Part shown: positions 38,949 through 51,699 of the stretch, piece by piece
Layout of the letters: every line of letters starts with the position of its first letter
How positions within the stretch are numbered: position 1 is the stretch's first letter
Origin: Octopus sinensis
Lineage: Eukaryota
Assembly (NCBI RefSeq): GCF_006345805.1
Contig: NC_043010.1
Location: 6,510,001 to 6,574,000 of the forward strand
Reading direction: 5' to 3'
DNA length: 64,000 nt
The notes under the pieces: model-generated
The model's input: only the letters and a program-made list of their open reading frames with translations
The model's database searches: none
Told to the model about the DNA's origin: nothing
Position numbers and translations under genes: made by a program

Positions 38949-39070
38949 ATCACTACAAATGTTTTGATACATACAGATCCTCGTATATACAGGATTAAAG
39001 TTAAGCTTAAATTAAATTATATGCAACGAGTACCTGTATAAGAAGATCTATATGTATCTCCTCAGATGAC
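38949..39070 (-). ncRNA. Type-I hammerhead-like motif with long stem II, G12 to A
   Basis: GTCAT CTGAGGA GATACATA...TATGTATC AAAAC ATTT GTA GTGAT; additional internal pairings AGATC/GATCT and TATACAGG/CCTGTATA. Confidence 0.65.
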
Positions 39071-39142
39071 ACTCAGGTGCTGTCTCTCCGTAAGTAATCT
39101 AGATTTCTGTGCGACAACATCCGTAGCTTCTTTATATATATA

Positions 39143-39545
39143 ATAGGCACAGGGTGGCTGTGTGGTAAGTAGCTTGCTTACCAGCCACATGGTTCCGGGT
39201 CAGTCCCTGCTGGCATCTTGGGCAAGTGTCTTCTGCTATAGTCGCGGGCCGACAATGCCTTGTGAGTGGATTTGGTAGACGGAAACTGAAAGAAACCCTT
39301 CGTGTATATGCATATATATATGTGTGTGTGTATATGTTTGTGTGTCTGTGTTTGTCCCCTAGCATTGCTTGACAACCGATGCTGGTGTGTTTACGTACAC
39401 CGTCACTTAGCGGTTCGGCAAAAGAGACCGGTAGAATAAGTACTGGGCTTACAAAGAATAGTCCTGGGTTGATTTGCTCGACTACAGGCGTGCTCCAGCA
39501 TGGCGCAGTCAATGACTGAAACAAGTAAAAGAGTAAAAGAGAGTA
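39143..39545 (+). mobile_element. SINE-A, full length
   Basis: Consensus match. Confidence 0.9.
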
Positions 39546-39550
39546 AATAG

Positions 39551-39583
<33 letters not shown>

Positions 39584-39584
39584 T

Positions 39585-39835
39585 AAAGGCCTCCTTCAGT
39601 CATGATGACCCAGGGATTGCACCTAGAATGTTATCTGTCAAGGCACAAGTCTGGGGCAAGGTTGTTTATGGAAGACTATCAGTCCCCATACATACCAGCA
39701 TCCCCTCTCCACGTCATCAATGTTATCCAGAAAAGGCAAAGGCTGATACAACTTGGCACCAGTGATGTCACAACTCATTTCTACAGCTGAGTGAACTGAA
39801 ACAACGTGAAAAAGTGTCTTGCTCAAGAACACACA
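39585..39835 (-). mobile_element. Headless SINE-like element with a CORE-like block
   Basis: Minus strand GTGTTCTTGAGCAAGACACTT...TCAGCTGTAGAAATGAG resembles CORE-type SINE bodies; single copy in the window. Confidence 0.45.
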
Positions 39836-39916
39836 TATACATGTATTATATATATATGTGTGTGTGTTTATATATATGTATATATGTATATATGTGTGTG
39901 TGCATATACATATACT

Positions 39917-39958
<42 letters not shown>

Positions 39959-40344
39959 AATATAGATAGATAGATATTCCCCCTACTTATATATATATAT
40001 ATATATGTATATACACATACACACAGATACAAACATACACACGCATACACTTTCCAAATAATATCTTTTGATATGCTTTATGTAATAGATGAAATAGAGG
40101 TGAAAAAAATGTTAGCTAAATCATAATGCAAAATACACTGGGAAGTATGAATATGGATGTGAGAACAATTTATGTATATATTTATAACTATGAATATGCA
40201 TGTGTTTGTGTGTGTGTGAATGTGTATGGAAATTGGGTGCATCAAACAAAAATAGTTTTGCTGATTTGTGCCCCTTTATGCCAAAGCAGTCATAACCACT
40301 CAATTGAACAGAGATTTGTATAAGTATCAGACTAAGGCAGTGTA

Positions 40345-40546
40345 CTAGCAGAATCGTTAGTACACTGTGCAAAGTGCTTACTGGCATTTACATTCTGAGT
40401 TCAAATTCCACCAAGGTCAACTTTGCCTTTCATCCTTTCAGGGTCGATAAAACAAGAACCAGTTGAGTTCTGGGGGGTAAATGTAATTGACTTAAACTCT
40501 CTCACGAAATTGCTGGCCTTGTGCCACAATTTAAAACCAATACAAG
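40345..40546 (+). mobile_element. Older SINE-B-related element with a different 3' tail
   Basis: Shares the B-box and central block; tail resembles 10790-10870. Confidence 0.65.
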
Positions 40547-40562
40547 TATTGGACTAAATACC

Positions 40563-40794
40563 TATTTCTTTACTACCCATAAGGGGTTAAACACAGAGGG
40601 GACAAACAAGGACAGACAAATGGATTAAGTCGATTATATCGACCCCAGTGCGTAACTGGTACTTAATTTATCGACACCGAAAGGATGAAAGGCAAAGTCG
40701 ACCTCGGCGGAATTTGAACTCAGAACGTAATGGCAGACAAAATATGGCTACGCATTTCACCCGGCGTGCTAACGTTTCTGCCAGCTCGCCGCCT
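40563..40794 (-). mobile_element. SINE-B, full length
   Basis: TSD TATTGGACTAAATACC at 40547-40562 and 40805-40820. Confidence 0.92.
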
Positions 40795-41491
40795 TAAATA
40801 CCATTATTGGACTAAATACCATTATCAAATAGGAAAACTCTTGAACATACTGTCTCAACATTGTCACCAACTAAACACTGAAACCAATAAAAGACTAAAA
40901 TTAATATAATTTTACAAGATTGCAGCTTTATATCGCAGTTTTTAGGACAGAGGCCCAATCAGCCCAAGGTAGCCTACCATGTTGACTCCGAACAAAACAA
41001 TGAAATTATTGATCATTTTTGACTTAAGGCAGAAACATAATAATCAGTCTAGACAGCATTTTATTCACTTATGTTCATTTTTACCTCTTATAGTTCAGGC
41101 TATGCCATTAGCTGAAAATGTTGCAATCTACAAGAATTTACTGCAGATTTCAAGTCACATGAATTGGATTTCAGCGACATCCGCCGTTTCTTCCGCACTC
41201 TTTCGGAAACAAATGTTTGTGTCAGACAAATGATTTCCCTATTTCTTGCTGCAGTTAAAATGTGGCCTCCTATGAATTGCATCTATTAATGTATTGTTGT
41301 TGAAGCTGTTGTTGTTGTTGTGCGTTGTTGTTGCTGTTATATAATTACACGATGCGTTTGTATAATTTCACAACATTGTCATCATTTTAATGTTCACCTC
41401 TCCATGCTTGCATTGATCAGAGAGAATTTGTTGAGGCAAATTTTCTACCACCAGGTGCCCTTCCTGTTGCCATATTTCACTTGAATGTATG

Positions 41492-41562
<71 letters not shown>

Positions 41563-41729
41563 GTATATATATATATATTATTTATTTTTTAATTTTATAT
41601 TTTATCTAGTTTCAGCTTACGATCTGTGGCCATGCTGGGGCACCGCCTATATGTGTGTGTGTGTGTGTGTGTGCGTGTACGTAAATATATGCATCTGTGT
41701 GTGGCATGTGTATTCTGTATCTATCTGTC

Positions 41730-41783
<54 letters not shown>

Positions 41784-41881
41784 GCTATCTATTATAGATT
41801 CATTTATGCATATGTACACGCACACCCACACACACACAGATATGTATGCATACATACATAAATATAGATATATATACATAT

Positions 41882-41914
<33 letters not shown>

Positions 41915-41929
41915 TGTGTGTGTGTGTAT

Positions 41930-42095
41930 CATCATCATCATCATCGTTTAACGTCTGTTTTCCATGCTAGCATGGGTTGGATGGTTCAACTGGGGTCTGG
42001 GAAGCCAGGAGGCTGCACCAGGCTCCAGTCTGATCTGGCAGTGTTTCTACAGCTGGATGCCCTTCCTAATGCCAACCACTCCGTGAGTGTAGTGA
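41930..42095 (-). mobile_element. RTE-3'UTR-derived element, short
   Basis: (CAT)n tail and family motif. Confidence 0.85.
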
Positions 42096-42491
42096 GTGAT
42101 TTTATGAGGATATTATTGTTTATAATAATATCAGTGGCTTAGCATGTGTTAAAAAAACCCACAATGGTAAAAAATTATCAATCAAAAGATCGGAATTGAA
42201 GTACACCTCTGCAAGATGGTGACACTCATTTACGACTATCAGGCAATGGAAATATGCTGGGGTTGGTGACAGGAAGAGCATCCAGCTGTAGAAAATCTGC
42301 TTTGATAAGCTCTGTCAAATGGGAAAGGGATAAGGGTTAAATGATGACAACAATGACAGGGATCTTTCCAGCTCCATCTCGGTTACTTTCTGCCTCCTCT
42401 TCTCTAAAGCAAATATCCTCTTCTGATCTGGTTCTCTTCTTTCATACTTTAATGTCTAATTTCTGAGTATACATATATATTAATATAAATA

Positions 42492-42523
<32 letters not shown>

Positions 42524-42534
42524 GTGTGAAAAAA

Positions 42535-42830
42535 CATTTGAGCGAGGTTGTTGCCAGTGTCGCTGGACTGGCTCCTATGCAGGTGGCATATAAAAATCAC
42601 CATTTGAGCATGGCCATTGCCAGTACCGCCTGACTGGCCCTTGTGCCGGTGGCAGCATGTAAAAGCACCCTCTACACTCTCGGAGCGGTTGGCGTCCAGC
42701 TGTAGAAACGCTGCCAGATCAAGATTGGAGCCTGGTACAGCCATCTGGTTCGCTGGTCCTCAGTCAAATCGTCCAATCCACGCTAGCATGGAAAACGGAC
42801 ATTAAATGATGATGCTGATGATGATAATGA
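42535..42830 (+). mobile_element. RTE-3'UTR-derived element
   Basis: Family motif (with a small deletion) and (GAT)n tail. Confidence 0.8.
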
Positions 42831-42832
42831 TG

Positions 42833-42864
<32 letters not shown>

Positions 42865-43042
42865 AGTGGGAATATTCAGCAGTCAGATAACTACATGTGA
42901 TATCACAATTTACTAGAATATTACCCATGTGATAAAAAATTCTAACCACTCATGACTTTGTCTGCAACTGGCTCCAGCAATGATTCCAATATTTCATACC
43001 TTTCTCTCTGAGCCTTAACATCAGTATTAGTTCAGCACTAGA

Positions 43043-43292
43043 AAGGCGGCGAGCTGGAAAAGGTGGTGAGCTGGCAGAATCATTAGCTCGCCGGGCGAAA
43101 TGCTTAGAGGTATTTCGTCTGCCACTACGTTGTGAGTTCAAATTCCGCCGAGGTCGACTTTGTCTTTCATCCTTTCGGGGTCGATTAAATAAGTACCAGT
43201 TACGCACTGGGGTCGATATAATCGACTTAATCCCTTTGTCTGTCCTTGTTTGTCCCCTCTGTGTTTAGCCCCTTGTGGGTAGTAAAGAAATA
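43043..43292 (+). mobile_element. SINE-B, full length
   Basis: 16-bp TSD AGTATTAGTTCAGCAC at 43023-43038 and 43293-43308. Confidence 0.93.
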
Positions 43293-43633
43293 AGTATTAG
43301 TTCAGCACACCTTTGCTACTTAACCAAAGAGTTATTGAGAGACAGCTGTGATGAGATGGCAGACAGATGGCAAACTGACAAGGACAGCTGCTGATCCAAG
43401 CTGGCATCAGCTACATGAATGACCTCAGCTACATTAGAACCAATTGACCTCACTTTGACAACAGTTACAATCACACCAAGGACACTGACATTTGAACTCT
43501 CAATGTTTTGCTGTTCACAGTAGTAACCGCATTTTTGTTTGTGTGCGAAAAGAATAAATATTTTGTTTGTCATAAATCTCAACCTTCTCCAGAGATCTTC
43601 TTCTTACACACACACAGACATAAATATACGTAT

Positions 43634-44046
43634 ACTCTTTTACCCTTTTACTTGTTTCAGTCATTTGACTGCGGCCATGCTGGAGCACTGCCTTTAGTCG
43701 AGCAAATAGACCCCCGGGACTTATTCTTTGTAAGCTCAGTACTTATTCTATCGGTCTCCTTTGCCGAACCGCTAAGTGACGGGGACATAAACACACCAGC
43801 ATCGGTTGTCAAGCAATGCTAGGAAGACAAACACAGACACGCAAACACATACACACACATATATATATATATACATATATACGACGGGCTTCTTTCAGTT
43901 TCCGTCAACCAAATCCACTCACAAGGCATTGGTTGGCCCGGGGCTATAGCAGAAGACACTTGCCCAAGATGCCATGCAGTGGGACTGAACCTGGAACCAT
44001 GTGGTTGGTAAGCAAGCTACTTACCACACAGCCACTCCTGCGCCTA
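43634..44046 (-). mobile_element. SINE-A, full length
   Basis: Consensus match. Confidence 0.9.
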
Positions 44047-44260
44047 TTTGTGTGCAAATAGAATAAATATTTTGTTTATCATAAATCTCAACCTTCTCCA
44101 GAGATCTTCTTCTTACACACACACAGACATAAATGTATGTATATATATGAATTTCATATATTAATTGAATACATACTTCTGTCTGTATTTTCTGTCTGCT
44201 GTACAAACTGTACTGAACAAAAAAAACTAAAAAACAGGGAGTGAAACTGGATATGTGACA

Positions 44261-44652
44261 TCTCTCTTTATATAAAGCTGAAGTTGTCTGTGTATGGCAG
44301 GTTTGGTAGCCTTCAACTAGCACTATCTCTTCCGAGACCCTGCGGCACAAGTTGACCAAAATTGAGAGTATGATAGAAGAAGGCTTGCTCCTCCTTCCAT
44401 AGAAGAAAAAATTCAAATTGGACCATGTTAACACCAAAAATTATTTACATAAAAAAGGTGCTTTTTTTCTATGAAAATCCATATTTTTTACGATTTTTTT
44501 ACTGCTGTGTCGCCATATTTCAGTGTATTTCAAGCAGAAAAATGTTCACTTAAAGAGAATAACAAGCTACATAATGCCAAATATTTACTTTTCAAAAATT
44601 CCAATTTTAAAGGGTCGAAATAAACCCGAGCAACTCCAGACGATACTGCTAG
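44261..44652 (+). mobile_element. Non-autonomous Helitron, family H2
   Basis: A|TCTCTCTTTATATAAAGCTGAAGTTG...AAACCCGAGCAACTCCAGACGATACTGCTAG|T; H1-like ends, different interior. Confidence 0.85.
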
Positions 44653-45949
44653 TTAAAGACTGAAAATATTATTCAATGACTAATGCTGTTTTCTTCCAAT
44701 CACTATATAATTATTTCTAATTAGCATTTTGGTGTTGATTGCCTTAAAAATATTAACGCTATGTTGTTTATCTAAAATATAAGATACTCCTGTACCATCC
44801 ATTAAATGTAATGCAATTTTTCTACTCCATTTTACTGAAACAAATAAAATATGATGGAAATACATCTTTTCAACTATTATAAACAATTTGAAAATGTGTT
44901 GCCTTTTTCCTTCCTAAATACACTTTCTTTTTCTTTTCAATCAGTTATCTTTCCTTCTGACTTTAACATTTTTGCAAATTGTTCTATAGCAATTCTTAAG
45001 ATTTCAAATAGTCTTTGTTATAAGGCACTCCTAGATCTGAATTTCTATTTACTTACTTGCTTCAAGAATTTGATTAAATACAAAAGAATTTAGATGGGAG
45101 TGTTGATAAATAACCTTCTAGGCTTCAAATACCAATGTAAACATCTCTACTCATAACTATATTTTCTCAATAACTCACTTATCTAAATTCAATATTCTTC
45201 TTTTCTATAGAGAGGAAGGTGATAAAATCACTTACTGTGAAGTGTAGAGAAAAATACATTTATTCCATAGTTTGGCTTTATAAAGTCCTAATTACAAACC
45301 AGAAAAAATGTAGAAATAATTTTTCTTCAAAATTCAGAATTTTTTTCCAAGCTGCAAATATTTTTCTAAAATTAGAAATTTTTTCTAAGTTTGAAAATAC
45401 ATTTTTTTGAAATGTCAAAATGCATAAGTTTTATAGTTTATATGAACTTGCTGAAGTTGAAATGTTTTTAACTCCATCAACACATTCTACATTGTTTAGT
45501 GATTTTCATCTCTTTTCCATTTATATACTTCAACAATGCTGATTCATATAATCTACAGAATTCTCTATGCTTTTTTTTTTGCTTTTTTAATGGTTTTACC
45601 AAATAAGAAAGGAAATGGTTGTGATACTTTTTGGGTCTTCTGAGACAGATAAGAAGGAAATTATCCTTTGTTTCTCAGACTGAAGATCTGGTCTAGAAGC
45701 TTGTCATAGTGTAGAATAAAATAGGGGACATTTTGGCACAGCTGTTTTGGCGACATTCATTTGGCATTGCTGATTCACTGCTCCCTTATTTGTCATCAAA
45801 CATTTTAACATTTCTCTCATTCCACAGTCCATCTCTTTTAGTTTATTTTTTTAATGTGTATGAGAGGATAGAAAGTGTTTATGTCACTTATATTCAATTA
45901 CTAATTTGTAATCTCCTGTCCCAAAACAGGTACTCTCCACACAGTTTCT

Positions 45950-46342
45950 TATTTCTTTATTGCCCACAAGGAGCTAAACATAGAGGGGACAAACAAGGAC
46001 AGACAAAGGGATTAAGTCGATTGCATTGACCTCAGTGTGTAACTAACTGATACTTAATTTATTGACCCCGAAAGGATGAAAGACCTAGGTGGAATTTGAA
46101 CTCAGAATGTAACGGCAGACGAAATACCTATTTCTTTACTACCCACAAGGGGCTAAACACAGAGAGGACAGACAAAGGGATTAAGTCGATTGTATTGACC
46201 CCAGTGCATAACTGGTACTTAATTTATCGACCCCGAAAGGATGTAAGTCCTTGGCGGAACTTGAACTGAGAACGTAGCAGCAAACGAAATACTGCTAAGC
46301 ATCTCGCCCGGCGTGGTAACGTTTCTGCCAGTTCACCACCTT
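45950..46342 (-). mobile_element. SINE-B head-to-tail dimer
   Basis: Two bodies joined at AAAGAAATA-GGTATTTCGTCTG; CAGTTTCT on both flanks. Confidence 0.88.
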
Positions 46343-46594
46343 CCTCAGTTTCTGCATATGCTACCTCCATCCACTCAACTATAAATGTGTATCACTACCA
46401 GCTTTGAAGTTAAACCTATGATGGACTGACACCTAGATCAAAGGATCAAAGGTCATGTGCTTCCATTTGTTTAGATGCCTCAGGGACTGGTATAAACTTT
46501 GATCTAATAACCTGGTAAACTCAAATCAGACTTTAACAAGCACTCATAACTCTGTGTAAGAAAATTTTGATTTCTTTTTTTGTCCTTGGCCAAT

Positions 46595-47003
46595 ATAGGT
46601 GCAGGAGTGGCTGTGTGGTAAGTAGCTTGCTTACCAACATAGTTCCGGGTTCAGTCCCTCTGCGTGGCACCTTGGGCAAGTGTCTTCTACTATAGCCTCG
46701 GGCCAACCAAAGCCTTGTGGGTGGATTTGGTAGACGAAAACTGAAAGAAGCTGTCGTATATATGTGTATATATATATATATATATGTGTGTTTGTATGTC
46801 TGTGTTTGTCCCCCCAACATCACTTGACAACTGATGGTAGTGTGTTTATGTCCACTTAACTTAGCGGTTTGGCAAAAGAGACTGATAGAATAAGTACTAG
46901 GCTTACAAAGAATAAGTTCTGGGGTTGATTTGCTCGACTAAAAGCATTGCTCTAGCATGGCCGCAGTCAAATGACTGAAACAAGTAAAAGAATAAAAGAA
47001 TAT
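46595..47003 (+). mobile_element. SINE-A, full length
   Basis: Consensus match. Confidence 0.9.
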
Positions 47004-47157
47004 AAAGTGTTATTTCAATCAAAAGAAATGTCTAATGTTCCCTTCAAAATTTGCTTTTGTCATCTGGACATCAATGTTTTGAAACTGACCTATTTTCCAT
47101 TACATTTCAGGCAGACTCAGCACAGATATGCTGAAGCAGAAATATCATTATAGCAGA

Positions 47158-47463
47158 CTAGCAGTATCGCCCGGCGTTGCTTGGTTTGTAAGGGAAATAA
47201 CTATATAAGCATTTTTAGAGAGTTACTTCCCTTATATAACCCGAGCAAAAATCATTAAAAATGCGGAAAAATGATGGTAAATGTTTTTTTAAATCGTAGA
47301 CTCATCGTAGATGCACGCTAATACCCAGAAGGGCTCGATATTAATGACGAATATAAGATACCCGCTTTTGGTTAAACTGCACCGCAAAATGTGGGAGTAT
47401 TTAGGAATCTAAATCGGAGGAGACAGAGTCTCACACACACAACTTCAATTTTATATATAAAGA
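47158..47463 (-). mobile_element. Non-autonomous Helitron H1, short variant
   Basis: A|TC...CTAG|T. Confidence 0.9.
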
Positions 47464-47640
47464 TATTCTGCTCAATACAAGATTTTCTTGCCAATTGCTT
47501 GACTGTATAACCACTTGTGCATATCCTTTAGTGGCTGACAATACATGCATATCTGATCAAAAGCAGGAGTAGTGAGGGAGCATCATAGCCATGTGTTAAG
47601 AAGAATTCTTTGAGGTTTGAATAGATATTATAAAAGTAAA
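47464..47640 (+). repeat. Fragment of the unclassified repeat seen at 4841-5397
   Basis: Aligns by eye with about 4950-5115. Confidence 0.65.
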
Positions 47641-47751
47641 GTTTGAAGGAAATAGCCATGTTTGATACTCTCTCATGATAAGCAAATAAGAAATAACAGT
47701 TGTTACCCAAGGACAGAAATTGGGCTACACAATGTAATTGCTCTTTAAAAT

Positions 47752-48302
47752 AATAATATAATGAAATTATTGTATACAGTGCTCAGGTGCACCACAACTT
47801 GACAAAAGTGCATATAAAGCATATGCAGTAATGTATAAATGTCTGGAAAGTGAACAATGTATGAGTCAGATACATGCTTGTGTGTGTATGGAGGGGAGAA
47901 AATCAGGTGTAGTGTTGGTGAATCTCAGGAAGCATGGAAGTTTTGAAGGATGCAGTACTCCGACAACTAACAACTGATGCCGGCAGTTTGTTCCATGCTT
48001 CAGCAACTCTCAGTGTGAAAAAATGTTTCCGAAAGTCATGGGAGCTGTGCTGTTTTCTGACTTTGTAAATATGTCCACTGGTGTTAGACAGGTGGAGTTT
48101 GAAAAGGTGCTCAGAGTTATTGTTAGTAAGATGGTTAATAATTTTATGTGTGTCTGCCAAGTCTGCTGCCAGACGTCGGAGTTTCAATGTGTCCATGCCC
48201 AGGGAAGTAAGGCGTTCAGAATATGGCAAATTCCTGATGGAGGGTATTCTTTTAGTTGCACGTCGCTGAATGGCTTCCAGATGATTGATATCCTAGAACT
48301 AT
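47752..48302 (-). mobile_element. CR1-clade LINE 3' fragment
   Basis: DINHLEAIQRRATKRIPSIRNLPYSERLTSLGMDTLKLRRLAADL...FFTLRVAEAWNKLP; ATT-rich tail. Confidence 0.85.
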
Positions 48303-48543
48303 AATCAAAGGCATTGCCATTGACACCATCCAGTCTTTTATTTTTTATTTTTATTTTTTCAGAAATAGTATACCTAGGACAAAATTTTCCAGTGCTTCCT
48401 TCTCTTTTAAAAACAACAGTGTGTGATGAAAGGGAGATTTGGCTGTTATTTCATACCTGTTCAGCAACCATATTAATGCTCTCTGTCTCCTTGACATGCT
48501 TTATAGCTTTTAATGAAAGTGGTACAGGTGAACTTGTCATTGG

Positions 48544-48575
<32 letters not shown>

Positions 48576-49732
48576 TACTACTACTACTACTACTACTACT
48601 ACCATAGATATCTATCTATCTATCAATCCATCCATCCACCATCCATCCATCCATTCGTCCAGCCATCATCTATCTATCTATCTATCTATCTATCTACCTG
48701 TCTCTCCCTTCCTCTGTCTGTCTGTCTCTCTCTCTCTATCTATCTACCTATATACATTCACACATACACATACGTACATGCATACACATGTGTGTGTGAA
48801 TGTGTGCATGTGCATGTGTGTAGGTTTAGGTATGTGTGTGTGTGTGTGCACGTGTCTGTATGGATAGTACTTATGAGCAGAGCACTGGATATTTTTAATC
48901 CTATATTTTCCCATCATTAAGCGATTAATTTTCTGTTTCTTTTTCTACCAGATTATTTATTAATTTATTATAAAGGAAAACAAAAATAGAAGGAAGAAAA
49001 CACAGACTTGCAGATAATTAATTTACCAATTCCACATAGGCATTTCTTCACTTTATTTGTGCAAGATTCAGTAGTAGTGTCTGAGGTGTTTGAAAAATGG
49101 TTACATTCTGTACAATGAAGAAAACAAAAGCAAAGAAAAAACAGGACTCACCCAAGTTTCATATCACACAATTTTTATTTATATCTAATGATTTTCATAA
49201 TTACAAATTTGTAACGTATTTAATGCTCAATTATTGATATAATTTTTGATATTATTTTCTTATAAACCACCATTTTCTTTATTATAAGGCAATAATAGTT
49301 TTTTTTTTTTATGTTACATTATTTTCTGCTTTGCTTTTTTTTTTTTTTTTGCATTTCCTTTTTGAAACATAGTTTTCTGTGTAAAATAGAAAAAAAATCA
49401 TTTACACTACAGTAATTCAGAAATTGAAGAAAAAACAAAAAACGTTATTTGGGAAATGAATTTGAATAAATACATATATATATATATATATATAAAAATG
49501 TAACATATTAGTTCCTAATAAAAGTGTTTCCTTTTAACCACATTTAATTGATTATAAAATAAAATTATGTAAGTTTTTAATGCAGAGACACACACACATA
49601 CACACATACACACACACACATATACACACACACATACATGTATATATAAACCTACATAGATATATGTGTACATACATACATACATACATACATACGTACA
49701 TACATACATACATACGTGCATGCATGCATACA

Positions 49733-50139
49733 GTGGCTGTGTGGTAAGTAGCTTGCTAACCAACCACATGGTTCCGGGTTCAGTCCCACTGCGTGGCATC
49801 TTGGGCAAGTGTCTTCTGCTATAGCCTCAGGCTGACCAAAGCCTTGTGAGTGGATTTGATCGACGGAAACTGTAAGAAGCCTGTCGTATATATGTACATA
49901 TATATGTGTGTGTGTGTGTGTGTGTTTGTGTGTCTGTGTTTGTCCCCCTAGCATTGCTTGACAACCGATACTGGTGTGTTTACGTCCCCGTTACTTAGCG
50001 GTTCGGCAAAAAACAGACCGATAGAATAAGTACTGGGCTTACAAAGTATAAGTCCCGGGGTCGATTTGCTCGACTAAAGGCGGTGCTCCAGCATGGCCGC
50101 AGTCAAATGACTGAAACAAGTAAAAGAGTAAAAGAGTAT
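49733..50139 (+). mobile_element. SINE-A
   Basis: Consensus match. Confidence 0.9.
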
Positions 50140-50642
50140 AAAGTGTAGTCAAGGTGATGGATTAAGAGAACATATGCCAAGGGAAATAACTCTGTTCAAC
50201 TTCACACACGCTTCGAAGACCGACATCTTGGAACAAGTTTTGTTTTCGTATAACATTGGGTTTGGTGTTACCAGTTTTGACTATTTTCTTTTGATAAAGT
50301 TACCTTTTTATCCGAATTAAGGATTTAGCAGGGACTATTGCTGACACCGCTGTTCCCATGGCATATCATTATGGTTCTTCGCCAATATTTAGAGACTAAT
50401 TAAACATTTAGATTATCTCTTGTATATATTGCATAGATCCACACCCATGCTCCCATACATTCATACATACATACATACATACATACACATGCATACATAC
50501 ATACATACACACACACATACATGCATACATACATACATACACACATACATACATACATAAGTACATACACACATACATACATACATACATACATACACAT
50601 GCATACATACATGCATGTATATGTATGCATAATATATGTATG

Positions 50643-51028
50643 TAGGCACAGGAGTGGCTGTGTGGTAAGTAGTTTGCTTATCAACTACATGGTTCCGGGT
50701 TCAGTCCCACTGCGTGGCACCTTGGGCAAGTGTCTTCTACTATAGTCTCGGGTAGACGGAAACTGAAAGAAGCCCGTCGTATATATGTATATATATATGT
50801 ATGTGTGTGTATATGTTTGTGTGTCTGTTTTTGTCCCCCCAACATCGCTTGACAACCGATGGTGGTGTGTTTACGTCCCCGTAACTTAGCAGTTCAGCAA
50901 AAGAGACCAGTAGAATAAGTACTAGGCTTCCAAAAAACAAGTCCTGGGGTTGATTTGCTCGAGTAAAAGGCGGTGCTCCAGCATGGCTGCAGTCAAATGA
51001 CTGAAACAAGTAAAAGAGTAAAAGAGAG
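50643..51028 (+). mobile_element. SINE-A with a small internal deletion
   Basis: Consensus match. Confidence 0.9.
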
Positions 51029-51499
51029 TATATATGTATGTGTGCACATACAAGGAGTTGATTTAGACATTTTAAATGTTTAACCAGTGTGTGTGCATAT
51101 GCGTGTATGCGTGTGTGTGTGTGCATGTATGTGTATACACACACACATACACACATATACACAGACTCACAAGGCATAAATAGTGGTTGTTACATATTTT
51201 CCTTTATTATAGTGAATCTGACCTACAGCTATTTCCAGTATTCATTATAGGTTTGTTATTGTGTAGTGTATTACTTTGAGAGAAAACCAGTATCACTGGA
51301 TAAGGACCATGGATTTACAATATAGAATGGTGACAAACTATAACCTCTGACCCCCACCACAAAAATACTTGAGTTCCTCACTAATCTAAACAATACTGCT
51401 AGCCTGGTGTACTGACAGAGAGGTTATAATATATTTTGCCCAGATTCATTATCCTTCACTAATAACTCTGTTTCAACCCTTCTGTCCAGCATTCACCAT

Positions 51500-51685
51500 G
51501 ATAGATCGCTAGCCACTACACATTCTTTATTTTCTCTCGTTGTTTCTTTCTGTATTCCTTTCTGTAGAAGAGCGTAGGCCCGAAACATTAAAGACTTTTT
51601 CACTTCCCGAGTGTTAAACTAATACATCTGTTTGTTGTCTACATTACCTGTCTTTGTCTTTTGTTTTTTTTGTGAATTCCCCCTA
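51500..51685 (+). mobile_element. Penelope-like short element P1
   Basis: Homologous to 13949 and 36575; ends at (TA)n. Confidence 0.7.
51558..51593 (+). ncRNA. Hammerhead-like motif, U6 variant
   Basis: CTTT CTGTAGA A GAGC-GTAG-GCCC GAAAC ATT AAAG. Confidence 0.55.
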
Positions 51686-51699
51686 TATATATATATATG

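Noticed and set aside
43316-43582. 88-aa minus-strand ORF in non-repetitive sequence
   Set aside because: No recognisable motif or clear splice sites; the length is within chance expectation.
48363-48527. 165-nt phase-symmetric exon candidate with a strong acceptor and CAG|GTGAAC donor
   Set aside because: Its middle is homologous to a dispersed repeat also seen at about 12145-12230 (GAAATAGCAGCCAAAT...), and an equally plausible exon can be drawn on the opposite strand. RNA-seq would be needed.
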